In this document: in pieces, positions 27,427 through 36,814 of the stretch
Layout of the letters: each line of letters opens with the position of its first letter
How positions within the stretch are numbered: position 1 is the first letter of the stretch
DNA from: a virus
Lineage: Duplodnaviria; Caudoviricetes
Strand: one strand, 5' to 3'
IMG/VR virus record: IMGVR_UViG_3300012988_000008
Coordinates: 1-50,407 of that record
DNA: 50,407 nt
Position numbers and translations under genes: made by a program
The notes under the pieces: generated by a model
Seen by the model: only the letters and a program-made list of their open reading frames with translations
The model's database searches: none
Told to the model about the DNA's origin: nothing

Positions 27427-28524
27427 ATGGCTAAACAACCCCAACAAGTCGGTCCGGGCTTGGTCCGCCGGTACATTCGACTAAGGTCGGGTAACCGTGC
27501 TTGGCGCATGGTTCGGCCGGATAATCCGAATATCGTTTATCCTCAGCCCAACGATGCCCCGGCCCAACGTCAAATACCGGCTGCCCCCGTGCCAGTAGCA
27601 GAGTCTCTAAACCCCGTGCCAGTAGCAGAGTCTCTAAACCCCGTGCCAGTGGCCGAACCCCTAACCCCCACGACAAAGCCCGATAAACCTCGTAAGTTTA
27701 AAGACGTTGGTTATCCTGCTTGTTGCGGTGCGTCGTTTCTTCTAATCGAGCCGCCGGCTTCTAAAAAGAAAACCCCTGAAGAAGAGGCTCGTTCGTATTA
27801 CGAAGCCAAGAACTTTGTCGCAACCCGTGATAACTACTTAGGGTACGTTAAAGTATACGAAGACGACCTTAAAGGTTGGGAAGCCGGCGGTAAAAAGGTT
27901 CGAACCCCTCGGGGGAACCACCCAAATACTACAAGACAATACATAAAAGATTACCAAAATGCTGCTGATTCGTATGAATTTGAGTATATGTTCAAGAAGG
28001 GTTTGTTGAACGGCAAAGCAGGCCAATATGACCGGGACATGGCGACCTACAAGTCCCCGGGGATCGCTTTGTCTATGGACCAATTTCATGGGGCGCATCA
28101 AACTCCGGCGGGTCTGTGGGTCCGTAATGACTACGAAATCCGGGAAAATTATTCGGGCAAACCCTTCACGGTTCCAGAGCCTTTTGAAACTCCTGACGTA
28201 AAACGGGACAAGGCCGTTGCGCTGACTCTTACGTCGCACACACACGACAACGGGTATAAAGTCCACTTAATTCAGGGCATGTCCCGAGACGATCTGGCTA
28301 ACGACATCGCCAGTTTCATTGCAAGGAATAAGAAATTTGCGGTCGGAGACGTCGTTACCTTTATCCTTAATAAGGGCCAAGGGACTCAACAAAAGCTGAA
28401 TAAGTTGGCCGCAGCGGGATATCGTCACGTTTTAACGACGTCAAACGCTAACCATAACGGGTCGTCTATTCTGTACTTGTTTGAACGGACTCTTACAGAC
28501 GTGGACAAACCGAATGGACAGTAA
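27427..28524 (+). CDS. CCG-motif protein (paralogue 2) with large insertion and Pro-rich repeats
   Basis: YPACCG...LNKGQ...AAAGY...NANH...LYLF. Confidence 0.7.
   Translation: MAKQPQQVGPGLVRRYIRLRSGNRAWRMVRPDNPNIVYPQPNDAPAQRQIPAAPVPVAESLNPVPVAESLNPVPVAEPLTPTTKPDKPRKFKDVGYPACCGASFLLIEPPASKKKTPEEEARSYYEAKNFVATRDNYLGYVKVYEDDLKGWEAGGKKVRTPRGNHPNTTRQYIKDYQNAADSYEFEYMFKKGLLNGKAGQYDRDMATYKSPGIALSMDQFHGAHQTPAGLWVRNDYEIRENYSGKPFTVPEPFETPDVKRDKAVALTLTSHTHDNGYKVHLIQGMSRDDLANDIASFIARNKKFAVGDVVTFILNKGQGTQQKLNKLAAAGYRHVLTTSNANHNGSSILYLFERTLTDVDKPNGQ
27585..27665 (+). repeat. In-frame 27-bp tandem repeat x3 (PVPVAESLN)
   Basis: CCCCGTGCCAGTAGCAGAGTCTCTAAA twice exact, third copy degenerate. Confidence 0.92.
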
Positions 28525-29203
28525 GTTTCCACTGGTATTTATCGCCAGCCGTCTTGATCCAAATGTGATGGGCCTTTTCTACGATATGGGTTTTCGTGGC
28601 ACAAACGATTTGATGCTGGCGGACGTCTGTGTCTTCACTGGTGGAGAAGACATTCATCCTCAACGCTACGGTGAACCTCTTATTCCAGAGTGTGGTCGTC
28701 CTAATGAAAAGCGGGACGCGCACGAAGCTGACACCTTTAGGAACTGTGTCGAATTTAAAGTCCCTATGATCGGTATTTGTAGGGGCGCACAATTTCTGAA
28801 TGTAATGAACGGCGGACGTCTGTGGCAACACGTCGACAATCACGGCGAGTCTCACAACGTCCGTTGTTTGTTGTCCGAGCAAGTTTTTAAAGCAACTTCT
28901 ACCCACCACCAAATGATGCGTCCGACAGAAGACGCCGAGGTGATTGCAGTCGCAGAAAAATCTCGCCCGGATGTCACCTTTAAGACTCCGTCTCTGTGTA
29001 CCGCACGGATGGCTGCGGGAATTACCCAACTGCCTAACACCGAAGACTACGACCCCGAAGTCGTGTGGTACGAAAAGACTAAGTCTCTGTGCGTACAATT
29101 CCATCCCGAGTACAACAAGGCGTCCGACAGTTGTCGTCCGTACTTCGTCAAACTCGTCGAAACCCTTTACCCCGAACTGTTTAAGCCGAGAGAGGCAGCA
29201 TAA
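28514..29203 (+). CDS. Class I glutamine amidotransferase / peptidase C26 (PuuD-like)
   Basis: TGGEDI.P..YG, GICRGAQ, S.HHQ, QFHPE. Confidence 0.9.
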   Translation: MDSKFPLVFIASRLDPNVMGLFYDMGFRGTNDLMLADVCVFTGGEDIHPQRYGEPLIPECGRPNEKRDAHEADTFRNCVEFKVPMIGICRGAQFLNVMNGGRLWQHVDNHGESHNVRCLLSEQVFKATSTHHQMMRPTEDAEVIAVAEKSRPDVTFKTPSLCTARMAAGITQLPNTEDYDPEVVWYEKTKSLCVQFHPEYNKASDSCRPYFVKLVETLYPELFKPREAA

Positions 29204-30537
29204 TGTGTGGACTCGTAGGAGTTGCAGGTGATCTATCAGGGCCTGACATTAAAGTCTTCAACAACCTTCTTTACTTCGACTACGTCCGGGGCTCCCACAG
29301 CACCGGTATTGCCAGTGTTCCCATGCACGGTGCAGCCGAGCCGACGCTCCTCAAGGCGGCGACCGATCCTCTTGGTCTGATGGGCTTCAAGGCGTACGAC
29401 ACTGCGGTCACGCCGTACAAACGTATTATTATGGGCCACAATCGGCACGCCACGAAGGGTGCTGTAAATCGGGTTAACTCACATCCGTTCCACGTGGGTA
29501 ATATTTTGGGAGCGCACAATGGTACCTTGGATTACTCGTGTCTCCGAGACCTTGAAAATGCACCGGAAGGTGAAACGGACTCCGAACAGTTGGTGGCTAC
29601 CATTAACGCCCTTGGGGGCGACATCGCGGGCGCTCTTGCACTGACTTCTGGTGCTTGGGCCTTGACAATCTATAAGGCCGAAGACAATTCGATTAACTTC
29701 GTCCGAAATAGTCAACGTCCGCTGTACTACGCCTTCAATGAATCTCGGAAGGCTCTTTATTGGGCGTCCGAAGCATGGATGCTTAGTGTCGCTCTTACAC
29801 GGAATGACATTAAGTTCTCTAAGATTATGGAAGTTCCGGTCGACACCATTCTGTCTTGGGGTATTCCGAAACTGAACCAGACCTTTGCTGATAAGCCCAC
29901 CCGTGAAAAAGCGGAGGGTAAGAAGGCAGCAAATTTTCGAACGCACGGACAAGGCGCACCGTGGATGGACTGGGGGCGGGAAGACGACAACAGCCGCCAG
30001 TTCGACCGAAGAACTGCTCAAACAAGCGGTGGAAACGAATCCAAAAAGCTTACCAGCGACAACAAGGAAGTTGTTGATGTCAACGACGACGATGAAGGCT
30101 GGGGGGCATACTACGAAGGCTTTATGGCCGGAGAGACGGGCCGTCCCCGAGCAGACAACCCGTACGACCACGCCAAACAAGGGCTCCACTGGGAACAGTG
30201 GCGAGACGGCTGGGTCGCAGGAGACGCCGCTGACGTCAAGGCAAAAAATTCCAAGAATAAGGACAAAGAAAAGAAAGACATTGTCAAGCCTTCTGATAAC
30301 AATGTTGTTCTCTTTTCCGAAAAAAAAGAAGCCCCTTCGTCTAGCGTCCGTAGAGGGCCCGGCGGAAACTACATCAACGCTGGAAAATTCCGAGAGCTGA
30401 CGGGCAACGAATGTGGTTGGTGTAATAATCCGATCACTTTCGCCGACAAGGGCTTCTTTATGCAACACGCAGCTAAGACAATCTTTATCTGCGAAACCCA
30501 CGGTTGCGCTACCGACAAAACCCTCCAACAAATGTAA
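29203..30537 (+). CDS. Class II (Ntn) glutamine amidotransferase with C-terminal extensions
   Basis: MCG N-terminal nucleophile, RG..STG, H.R.AT, HPF, HNGT, TDSE, RN..RPL, ASE; C-terminal Cys cluster. Confidence 0.92.
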   Translation: MCGLVGVAGDLSGPDIKVFNNLLYFDYVRGSHSTGIASVPMHGAAEPTLLKAATDPLGLMGFKAYDTAVTPYKRIIMGHNRHATKGAVNRVNSHPFHVGNILGAHNGTLDYSCLRDLENAPEGETDSEQLVATINALGGDIAGALALTSGAWALTIYKAEDNSINFVRNSQRPLYYAFNESRKALYWASEAWMLSVALTRNDIKFSKIMEVPVDTILSWGIPKLNQTFADKPTREKAEGKKAANFRTHGQGAPWMDWGREDDNSRQFDRRTAQTSGGNESKKLTSDNKEVVDVNDDDEGWGAYYEGFMAGETGRPRADNPYDHAKQGLHWEQWRDGWVAGDAADVKAKNSKNKDKEKKDIVKPSDNNVVLFSEKKEAPSSSVRRGPGGNYINAGKFRELTGNECGWCNNPITFADKGFFMQHAAKTIFICETHGCATDKTLQQM

Positions 30538-31395
30538 GTGAACATGAAAAACAATCGTTTTACTAATCGTTTTACTATTGGTGCTGACCCTGAAATGTTT
30601 GTCCAACAGGCTATGCCGGGACAAGAGCCGAGTATTATTTCTATCCATGGTTTGATCCCGGGTGACAAGCGTAATCCCTTTGCCGTCCGGGGTGGTGCCA
30701 TTCAAGTCGACGGTATGGCCGCTGAGATTAACGTCAATCCGGCACGAAACCGGCAAGAGTTCATGGACAATATTCGGTCGGTCATGGACGAACTTCAAGG
30801 ACATCTTCCGCCGTTTACTAGCATTGTTCACGGTCTTCCGGTCGCCGACTTTACGGCTGACTACATGGCAACCCAACCCCCTGAAGCAGTAGAGTTGGGC
30901 TGTGAGCCGGATTACAATGCTTGGACGGGCAACATTAACCCCCGTCCCAATGGTTCAGCTTTGTTCCGTACGGCGTCGGGGCACATCCACCTTGGCTGGG
31001 ACACGAACGTTAGTGACCCTTATGGTGACAAAGAGCACTTCGAACTGTGCTGCCGTATTGCCAAGCAAATGGATTACTATGTCGGTATCTACAGCTTGCT
31101 TTGGGACCCCGATAATCGCCGTCGCGATCTTTACGGTAAGGCGGGTGCATTCCGTGCTAAGTCGTACGGCTTGGAGTATCGCACACCGTCGACAGCGTGG
31201 CTTGCTAAGCCGGAACTTCAAGCGTGGGTCTTCGACGCGTCTGTCAAGGCACTGACTGACTACTTCAACGGTGACGTTGCCGAAGACCTGTTCGGGGACA
31301 TGGCACGATCTATCATCGACACCAACGACATTGACTGGCAGAAAAAGGTTGACTTTGACCTTGACCTCGTTCTGCCGTATCAACAGGCGGCTTAA
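30538..31395 (+). CDS. phiEco32-like COOH-NH2 ligase type 2
   Basis: IGADPE, GCEPD.NAW, RTA.GHIH.G, RR.LYGKAG.FR.K.YG.EYR. Confidence 0.9.
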   Translation: MNMKNNRFTNRFTIGADPEMFVQQAMPGQEPSIISIHGLIPGDKRNPFAVRGGAIQVDGMAAEINVNPARNRQEFMDNIRSVMDELQGHLPPFTSIVHGLPVADFTADYMATQPPEAVELGCEPDYNAWTGNINPRPNGSALFRTASGHIHLGWDTNVSDPYGDKEHFELCCRIAKQMDYYVGIYSLLWDPDNRRRDLYGKAGAFRAKSYGLEYRTPSTAWLAKPELQAWVFDASVKALTDYFNGDVAEDLFGDMARSIIDTNDIDWQKKVDFDLDLVLPYQQAA

Positions 31396-31408
31396 CAGGA
31401 GGGCTTAG

Positions 31409-32059
31409 GTGCTTAAATACGATACTTTGGAGCAAGCACAATTTCGGCTCCGACAGTCTGTCATTATGTACAAGGGTGAACCCTATTACTGTGACGCAGT
31501 TAATAAGCGCGGTAATGGGCCCATTCGTCTGTCCCTTATGGGACTTCCGATTTCTGGCACGGTGCCGACTGGGAAAGAAGGTCGAATCATTACCGTCGAT
31601 CAAGACGACGAAGACTTGGATTTCCGAATCTTCCGGCTTGGTTACATGAATGACCCTCAAAGACGGTCTGCGACGTTCTTGACTCGGACATCGTCCCGGC
31701 AGCAGCATCAAGGCCTAACCCGAGCGACGATTTTCCCGCAACCTTCCGGGTCTGCCATGTCGGGTCCAGCTATGCGTGATACTTTGATGGGTATCTATCC
31801 ATCCGTCGAAGAAGCTTTTAGTCGGATTAACGACGAAGGTTGGGCGTCTTGTGCCATCAGTCGAGACTTTGCTGTCGGTAGGTCTAAGGAAACCCCGCAA
31901 GTTCGCACCCTTATGTACAGGGGACGACCTGTAGGTGTAGCTTTAGGCTTAAAGTTCCAACATTTTCTGATTAACAAAGAAGACGAGTACTTGTCGGAGG
32001 CATTGCAAGAGGCAGGCTTCCCTTTCGAAGTGGACGAAACAGATGCAAAAACCTCTTAA
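31409..32059 (+). CDS. Conserved hypothetical protein of the amidoligase cluster
   Basis: AGGAGG RBS; LGY.N, R...RQ..QGL, A.SR.FA, L.YRG..VG. Confidence 0.75.
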   Translation: MLKYDTLEQAQFRLRQSVIMYKGEPYYCDAVNKRGNGPIRLSLMGLPISGTVPTGKEGRIITVDQDDEDLDFRIFRLGYMNDPQRRSATFLTRTSSRQQHQGLTRATIFPQPSGSAMSGPAMRDTLMGIYPSVEEAFSRINDEGWASCAISRDFAVGRSKETPQVRTLMYRGRPVGVALGLKFQHFLINKEDEYLSEALQEAGFPFEVDETDAKTS

Positions 32060-33164
32060 GGAACTTGGAACTCAAATTCACGCTTTCTACCGAGGCAATT
32101 TCGGGCAAAATCCTCCGGCCGACAGTGATTCCTTTGGTTTGGAAATCGAGCTCGAAGGACTTGGTGGAGAACATTGGACGGAATTCTCTGAAAAGCTTCC
32201 TAAGTTGGAAGGTTGGCGGACTGTCGAAGATGGATCGCTTCGAGACGGCGTTGAATTTGTCTCTAATGGCCCTCGGCCTTATAGTGTTCTGCGTGACGAT
32301 CTTCAACATCTTTCTGGGACATTCACCAAACTAGGGTTTACCCCTGTATTTAGTTTCCGTACCAGTCTTCATGTCCACATGAATGCTATGCATTTGTCGT
32401 GGAGAGACGTACTCAAGATTTATATTCTGTATATTATCTTTGAACGTCATCTTATGGAAATGGGCGGAGCAGAGCGACAGGGGAACGTTCACTGTTTGGG
32501 TGCAGAATTGGCTCAACGAACTATCGACGACCTTCGTGAAGCCCTTCAAGCAGACATTAAGGTGGGGGGCTTCAATCGGTACGGAGACCCTATCAATACG
32601 TCATTTGCACACGAAGTCGCAGCAGTGACTGACCGGGGCCGTCGATACGCGGCATTTAACTTTGCTAGCCTTCCGACTCACGGAACCATCGAGTTTCGTA
32701 ACCACAGAGGCACGGCAGACACTGACACAGTAATGGCATGGGTGGACACCCTCCGTGCTATGCGAGACTACGCAACGTCGGCGGTCCAAACGCCGATTGA
32801 ATTGCTTAAACGCTTTAGCACCCTTGGTGAACAAGCTTTTGCCGTAGAGGTCTTCGGACAAGGGTCTCCTATTGCCGTCGCTGTGACTCAAAAACCTGGA
32901 GAAACCCACACGGGTATGCGTCTGGCACAAGAAATTGCATTCGCACGTACTAATTGGGACACTAAGGCGGCACCTAAACCCAAGGTTAAAAAAGAAATTG
33001 TGGACTCTTATTCGGAGGCTGTCGCCAATTTCAATGATATAGATTGGGCAGCATTTGAACAAAGAGAAGAGGTCCGACGAGTGAGACAGAATGTTCAACG
33101 TTTCGAATTTAACCAATGGGCTTTACGCCCTGCGCAAGTAGGACCGATTAATAATGGCAACTAA
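32043..33164 (+). CDS. Putative amidoligase (COOH-NH2 ligase, glutamine synthetase fold)
   Basis: GLEIELE, DGSLR.G.EFV, RTS.HVH.N, RY.A.N, GTIEFR. Confidence 0.88.
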   Translation: MQKPLKELGTQIHAFYRGNFGQNPPADSDSFGLEIELEGLGGEHWTEFSEKLPKLEGWRTVEDGSLRDGVEFVSNGPRPYSVLRDDLQHLSGTFTKLGFTPVFSFRTSLHVHMNAMHLSWRDVLKIYILYIIFERHLMEMGGAERQGNVHCLGAELAQRTIDDLREALQADIKVGGFNRYGDPINTSFAHEVAAVTDRGRRYAAFNFASLPTHGTIEFRNHRGTADTDTVMAWVDTLRAMRDYATSAVQTPIELLKRFSTLGEQAFAVEVFGQGSPIAVAVTQKPGETHTGMRLAQEIAFARTNWDTKAAPKPKVKKEIVDSYSEAVANFNDIDWAAFEQREEVRRVRQNVQRFEFNQWALRPAQVGPINNGN

Positions 33165-33915
33165 AATCTTTAGTCATAATCCCGGTAGTCGGGGAGCAGG
33201 AGAGCTCGCAAATGCCCTTGGAATTGCCCGGGTCCGACACGTGGGAAGCCGAGTTCGGTGCGGCCGACAAGACACCGTTATCAATTGGGGAAGTGGCCGT
33301 GCTCTCCCTGATCATGTTGCTGGGGCTGGTCGTATTCTTAATGCCCCGGCTGCTGTCGCAGTGGCTTCGAACAAACTCCGATGCTTTGAGCGTATCGGCG
33401 CTAGGGCTCGTTGTGTTCCTTACACTACCCAAGCTGGCGTAGCTCGTGATTGGGGCACCAAGGTTGTAGTCCGACATACGCTTAACGGACATTCTGGTGA
33501 AGGCATTGAAATTGTCGAGCCGGGGGTTGACATCCCGGCCGCGCCATGCTATACTAAGTACATTGTCAAGGAGTCCGAATGGAGAATTCATGTCCTCAAC
33601 GGTCAAGTCATCGATGCAACCCGTAAGATTCGAGACCCTGACTTCGTAGGCGAACCGAACTGGGCGGTACGAAATCACGCGGGTGGGTTTATCTTTGCAC
33701 GTAACTCGGGTGAACCGTCTGAAGACGTCGTGCGACAAGCAGTCGCCGCAGTGGAAGCTGTTGGACTCGATTTCGGTGCTGTAGACGTCATGGTCTCAAA
33801 ACCGACTCGTGGTCATCCGGAACGCTTAGCGTACGTACTTGAAATTAACACTGCACCCGGTTTGGTGGGCACTACGGTCGAAAGGTATCGCGATGCGTTC
33901 CGAACCATCCTTTGA
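33154..33915 (+). CDS. ATP-grasp ligase (RimK/GshB-like)
   Basis: INWG, ASNK, GHSG.GI, E.R.HV, LDFGAVD, LEINTAPG. Confidence 0.9.
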   Translation: MATKIFSHNPGSRGAGELANALGIARVRHVGSRVRCGRQDTVINWGSGRALPDHVAGAGRILNAPAAVAVASNKLRCFERIGARARCVPYTTQAGVARDWGTKVVVRHTLNGHSGEGIEIVEPGVDIPAAPCYTKYIVKESEWRIHVLNGQVIDATRKIRDPDFVGEPNWAVRNHAGGFIFARNSGEPSEDVVRQAVAAVEAVGLDFGAVDVMVSKPTRGHPERLAYVLEINTAPGLVGTTVERYRDAFRTIL

Positions 33916-34171
33916 ATGTGAAGTTCATAAGACAGTAGACGGTTACGCCATTTGTTGTCCTGGCAAGCAAACAAAAAGGCTTACTGATAACCATTGGTGG
34001 TCTAATTACTCTTCTTGGGGTTATAGAGGTAGGCGTAAGTACTACAAAATTAAATTGTTTGCGATCTGGAAGGCGCGCAGGCTTGAAAATGAAATGATCA
34101 ATGAAATGATCAAGGCTTATCGTGAAGAACAGTACCGTAAGAATTTTGTTGAGCGGAAGGTGTGGCGTTAA
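33893..34171 (+). CDS. Hypothetical basic protein
   Basis: AAAGG RBS; TAATG coupling to next gene. Confidence 0.6.
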   Translation: MRSEPSFECEVHKTVDGYAICCPGKQTKRLTDNHWWSNYSSWGYRGRRKYYKIKLFAIWKARRLENEMINEMIKAYREEQYRKNFVERKVWR

Positions 34172-34398
34172 TGACCAGCCCCTGTTATATTTGTGGCAAG
34201 GGCATGGAAGAGTTGCGACTCGACGGTCGTGACATGAAGCCCCGCCCGTGCACCACATGTGAAGACATCATCGCGGAAACTGTCGGCGGCCGTGGTGACC
34301 CAGACGAAGTAATCACTTGGGGCGAGTTTGCCCTCTCACTTATGGACAGTGTAGAGGAAACAGAACTTGTCAGCGAAACTAGTGTGGGCGACCCCTAA
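34171..34398 (+). CDS. Small Zn-finger protein
   Basis: CYIC...CTTC. Confidence 0.65.
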   Translation: MTSPCYICGKGMEELRLDGRDMKPRPCTTCEDIIAETVGGRGDPDEVITWGEFALSLMDSVEETELVSETSVGDP

Positions 34399-35002
34399 AG
34401 GGGAAGAACTTATCGGGTACATGGCCCGGGTGTCCAACCCCGATGCACAGTTGGGGGAAGACGCATCAAAGTTAATTCGTTACCTTATTAAACATAAACA
34501 TTGGTCACCATTTGAAATGGTGTCCGTCTGTCTTGAGTTGGAGACAACCCGTGACGTGTCACGACAAATACTTAGGCATCGTTCGTTTCACTTTCAGGAA
34601 TTTAGTGGTCGGTACGCCGCTTACCAAGAACTGCACACCGTTCGTGAAGTCCGTATGCAGGACGCTGAAAACCGACAAAATTCTTTGGAAAGCTCGGACG
34701 AATCGTTGGCCCTTTGGTGGAACGACGCAATTAAAGATGTCTCAGCACACGCCGGGGCGCTTTATTCTGAAGCATTGGAACGAGGAGTCGCTAAAGAAGT
34801 TGCCCGCTCCGTTCTCCCAGAAGGTCTCGTTCCTACGCGAATGTACATGGTCGGGACCTTGCGCGACTGGATTCATTACTTCGCCGTGAGGTGTGGTCCG
34901 GAAACACAAAAGGAACACCGAACGTTGGCCCGAGAAATGCGATCTATCATCATGTCACAGTTCCCTAACGTGGAGAAAGCACTTGAAGAAGCAGGGGTTT
35001 GA
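34367..35002 (+). CDS. thyX: Flavin-dependent thymidylate synthase
   Basis: H.SPFE, RHRSFHFQEFSGRY, KE.AR..LP, Q.EH. Confidence 0.95.
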   Translation: MSAKLVWATPKGEELIGYMARVSNPDAQLGEDASKLIRYLIKHKHWSPFEMVSVCLELETTRDVSRQILRHRSFHFQEFSGRYAAYQELHTVREVRMQDAENRQNSLESSDESLALWWNDAIKDVSAHAGALYSEALERGVAKEVARSVLPEGLVPTRMYMVGTLRDWIHYFAVRCGPETQKEHRTLAREMRSIIMSQFPNVEKALEEAGV

Positions 35003-35171
35003 CGACTACCAAATATACAATGTTCCCAAACACCCAGACAACCCTGAGTACATGAATGGCTGGACCGAAGGAGAACAACAGCATTGGGACGATATGGCCC
35101 GACTAGAACAAGAAGTTGACGAATACGAGGCAGAAGCCGAACACAGAGATTACGACGACGATTACGATTGA
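34983..35171 (+). CDS. Small acidic hypothetical protein
   Basis: GGAG plus TTG start; Asp/Glu-rich C-terminus. Confidence 0.5.
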   Translation: MKKQGFDDYQIYNVPKHPDNPEYMNGWTEGEQQHWDDMARLEQEVDEYEAEAEHRDYDDDYD

Positions 35172-36814
35172 TGGCAAACACGACGGTACGGCATGAGCCG
35201 TGTCCCGAGTGTGGGTCAAATAATAATTTAGCCGTCTATCCGGACGGTCACAGCTACTGCTTTACGCCCGGGTGCGGGCACTACATTCCCTCGGAAACAC
35301 ATAATCAAGAGCGAGAGGAGCGTGTGCCCTTAGTGAAGCACGGAAAACTGACACCCCTCACCACAGAATTTAAACCCATCGCTGACCGTAAAATTAGTGC
35401 GGCCACAGCGAAAAAGTACGGAGTTGCGTACGGAGGCGAGTCCCAACACAGGTACCCGTACTACGACGCAGAAAAACACCATGTAGCAAACAAACAACGC
35501 CAACCCGGAAAAGCCTTCGCCATCGAAGGAGAGTGGGGACGTGCGACGCTATTCGGACAACAATTGTTTGAGCCGGGCGAGGCTAAGTACATCACCATTG
35601 TCGAAGGTGAATGTGACGCCATGGCTGCGTACGAAATGTTGGGGTCCCGTTTTCCCGTCGTTTCTGTCCATTCTGCCGCTACGGCAGCCAAGAATGTCGC
35701 CGATAACTTTGAGTACCTAAACTCCTTCGAAAATGTCGTCGTCTGTTTCGACAGGGACGAAGCCAGAGAAGCGCCGAACGGTACCAAAATTCGTCCCGGA
35801 CAAGACGCAGCTGAACTAGTGGCTGGCATGTTTGAGCCGGGGAAGGTAAAAGTCTTTACGCCCCGAGACTTTAAAGACGCCAACGACTATCTTCTAAACG
35901 GTAAGTCAGATGCTTTTTCTAAGCAGTGGTGGCAGGCCCCTACGTACACACCCAGCGGTATTAAGTTGGGCAAAAATATGTGGGAAGAAATCTCCACACC
36001 CAAAAACTTCGAAACCGTCTCGTATCCTTGGGCCGGCTTGGACAAGATGACATATGGAATTAGGCTATCTGAATTCGTTGTCGTTACTGCCGAAACAGGT
36101 ATCGGTAAAACTTCCATTCTTAAAGAGATCGAGTATCATCTTCTTAAGAACACAACGAGAGGTATCGGGCTTCTACATCTCGAGGAGCCGAACTCCGATA
36201 CGGCCCTTGGTCTCATGTCGATTTCGGCGAACAAGCCTTTACATCTTCCAGATGTCCGAAAGTCCGTCGACTCCGAAGAACTCCGTAAATACTACGACGA
36301 CACCGTAAATACTGACCGTGTTGTCATTTGGGATCACTTTGGTTCCAACAGTATTTACGAAATCCTTAACAAAGTACGACATATGCACAACCTCGGTTGT
36401 AAGTACATCGTTCTTGATCACTTATCCATTGTCGTGTCGGACCAGTCCGGCGACGAACGAAAGCAGCTAGATGAGATTAGCACCAAACTTAAGACACTTT
36501 GTATGGAACTTAATATCGCCGTCATCGCGGTTATCCATCAAAACAGACAAGGTCAAATCCGTGGGACTGCTGGTGTCGAGCAGCTTGCAAATATGGTATT
36601 TAAGCTCCACAGAGACAAGACGGAAGCCGACCCGTGGCGCCGCAACGTTACCAAAGTTGTCGTGGAAAAGAATCGATTTTGCGGGAAGACGGGTCCATGT
36701 GCTTGGCTTTGGTACAACGAGGTCACTGGTCGTCTCGTGGAACTTGACGAAGCCGACAGCAAAGCATACGAAGAGGGTCGTGCCCCCGGGTTAGACGGAG
36801 AGGAGCCGTGGTAA
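35171..36814 (+). CDS. T7-type primase-helicase
   Basis: Zn finger CPECG, TOPRIM EGECDA and D.D, Walker A AETGIGKT, LDHL, KNRF.G. Confidence 0.95.
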   Translation: MANTTVRHEPCPECGSNNNLAVYPDGHSYCFTPGCGHYIPSETHNQEREERVPLVKHGKLTPLTTEFKPIADRKISAATAKKYGVAYGGESQHRYPYYDAEKHHVANKQRQPGKAFAIEGEWGRATLFGQQLFEPGEAKYITIVEGECDAMAAYEMLGSRFPVVSVHSAATAAKNVADNFEYLNSFENVVVCFDRDEAREAPNGTKIRPGQDAAELVAGMFEPGKVKVFTPRDFKDANDYLLNGKSDAFSKQWWQAPTYTPSGIKLGKNMWEEISTPKNFETVSYPWAGLDKMTYGIRLSEFVVVTAETGIGKTSILKEIEYHLLKNTTRGIGLLHLEEPNSDTALGLMSISANKPLHLPDVRKSVDSEELRKYYDDTVNTDRVVIWDHFGSNSIYEILNKVRHMHNLGCKYIVLDHLSIVVSDQSGDERKQLDEISTKLKTLCMELNIAVIAVIHQNRQGQIRGTAGVEQLANMVFKLHRDKTEADPWRRNVTKVVVEKNRFCGKTGPCAWLWYNEVTGRLVELDEADSKAYEEGRAPGLDGEEPW

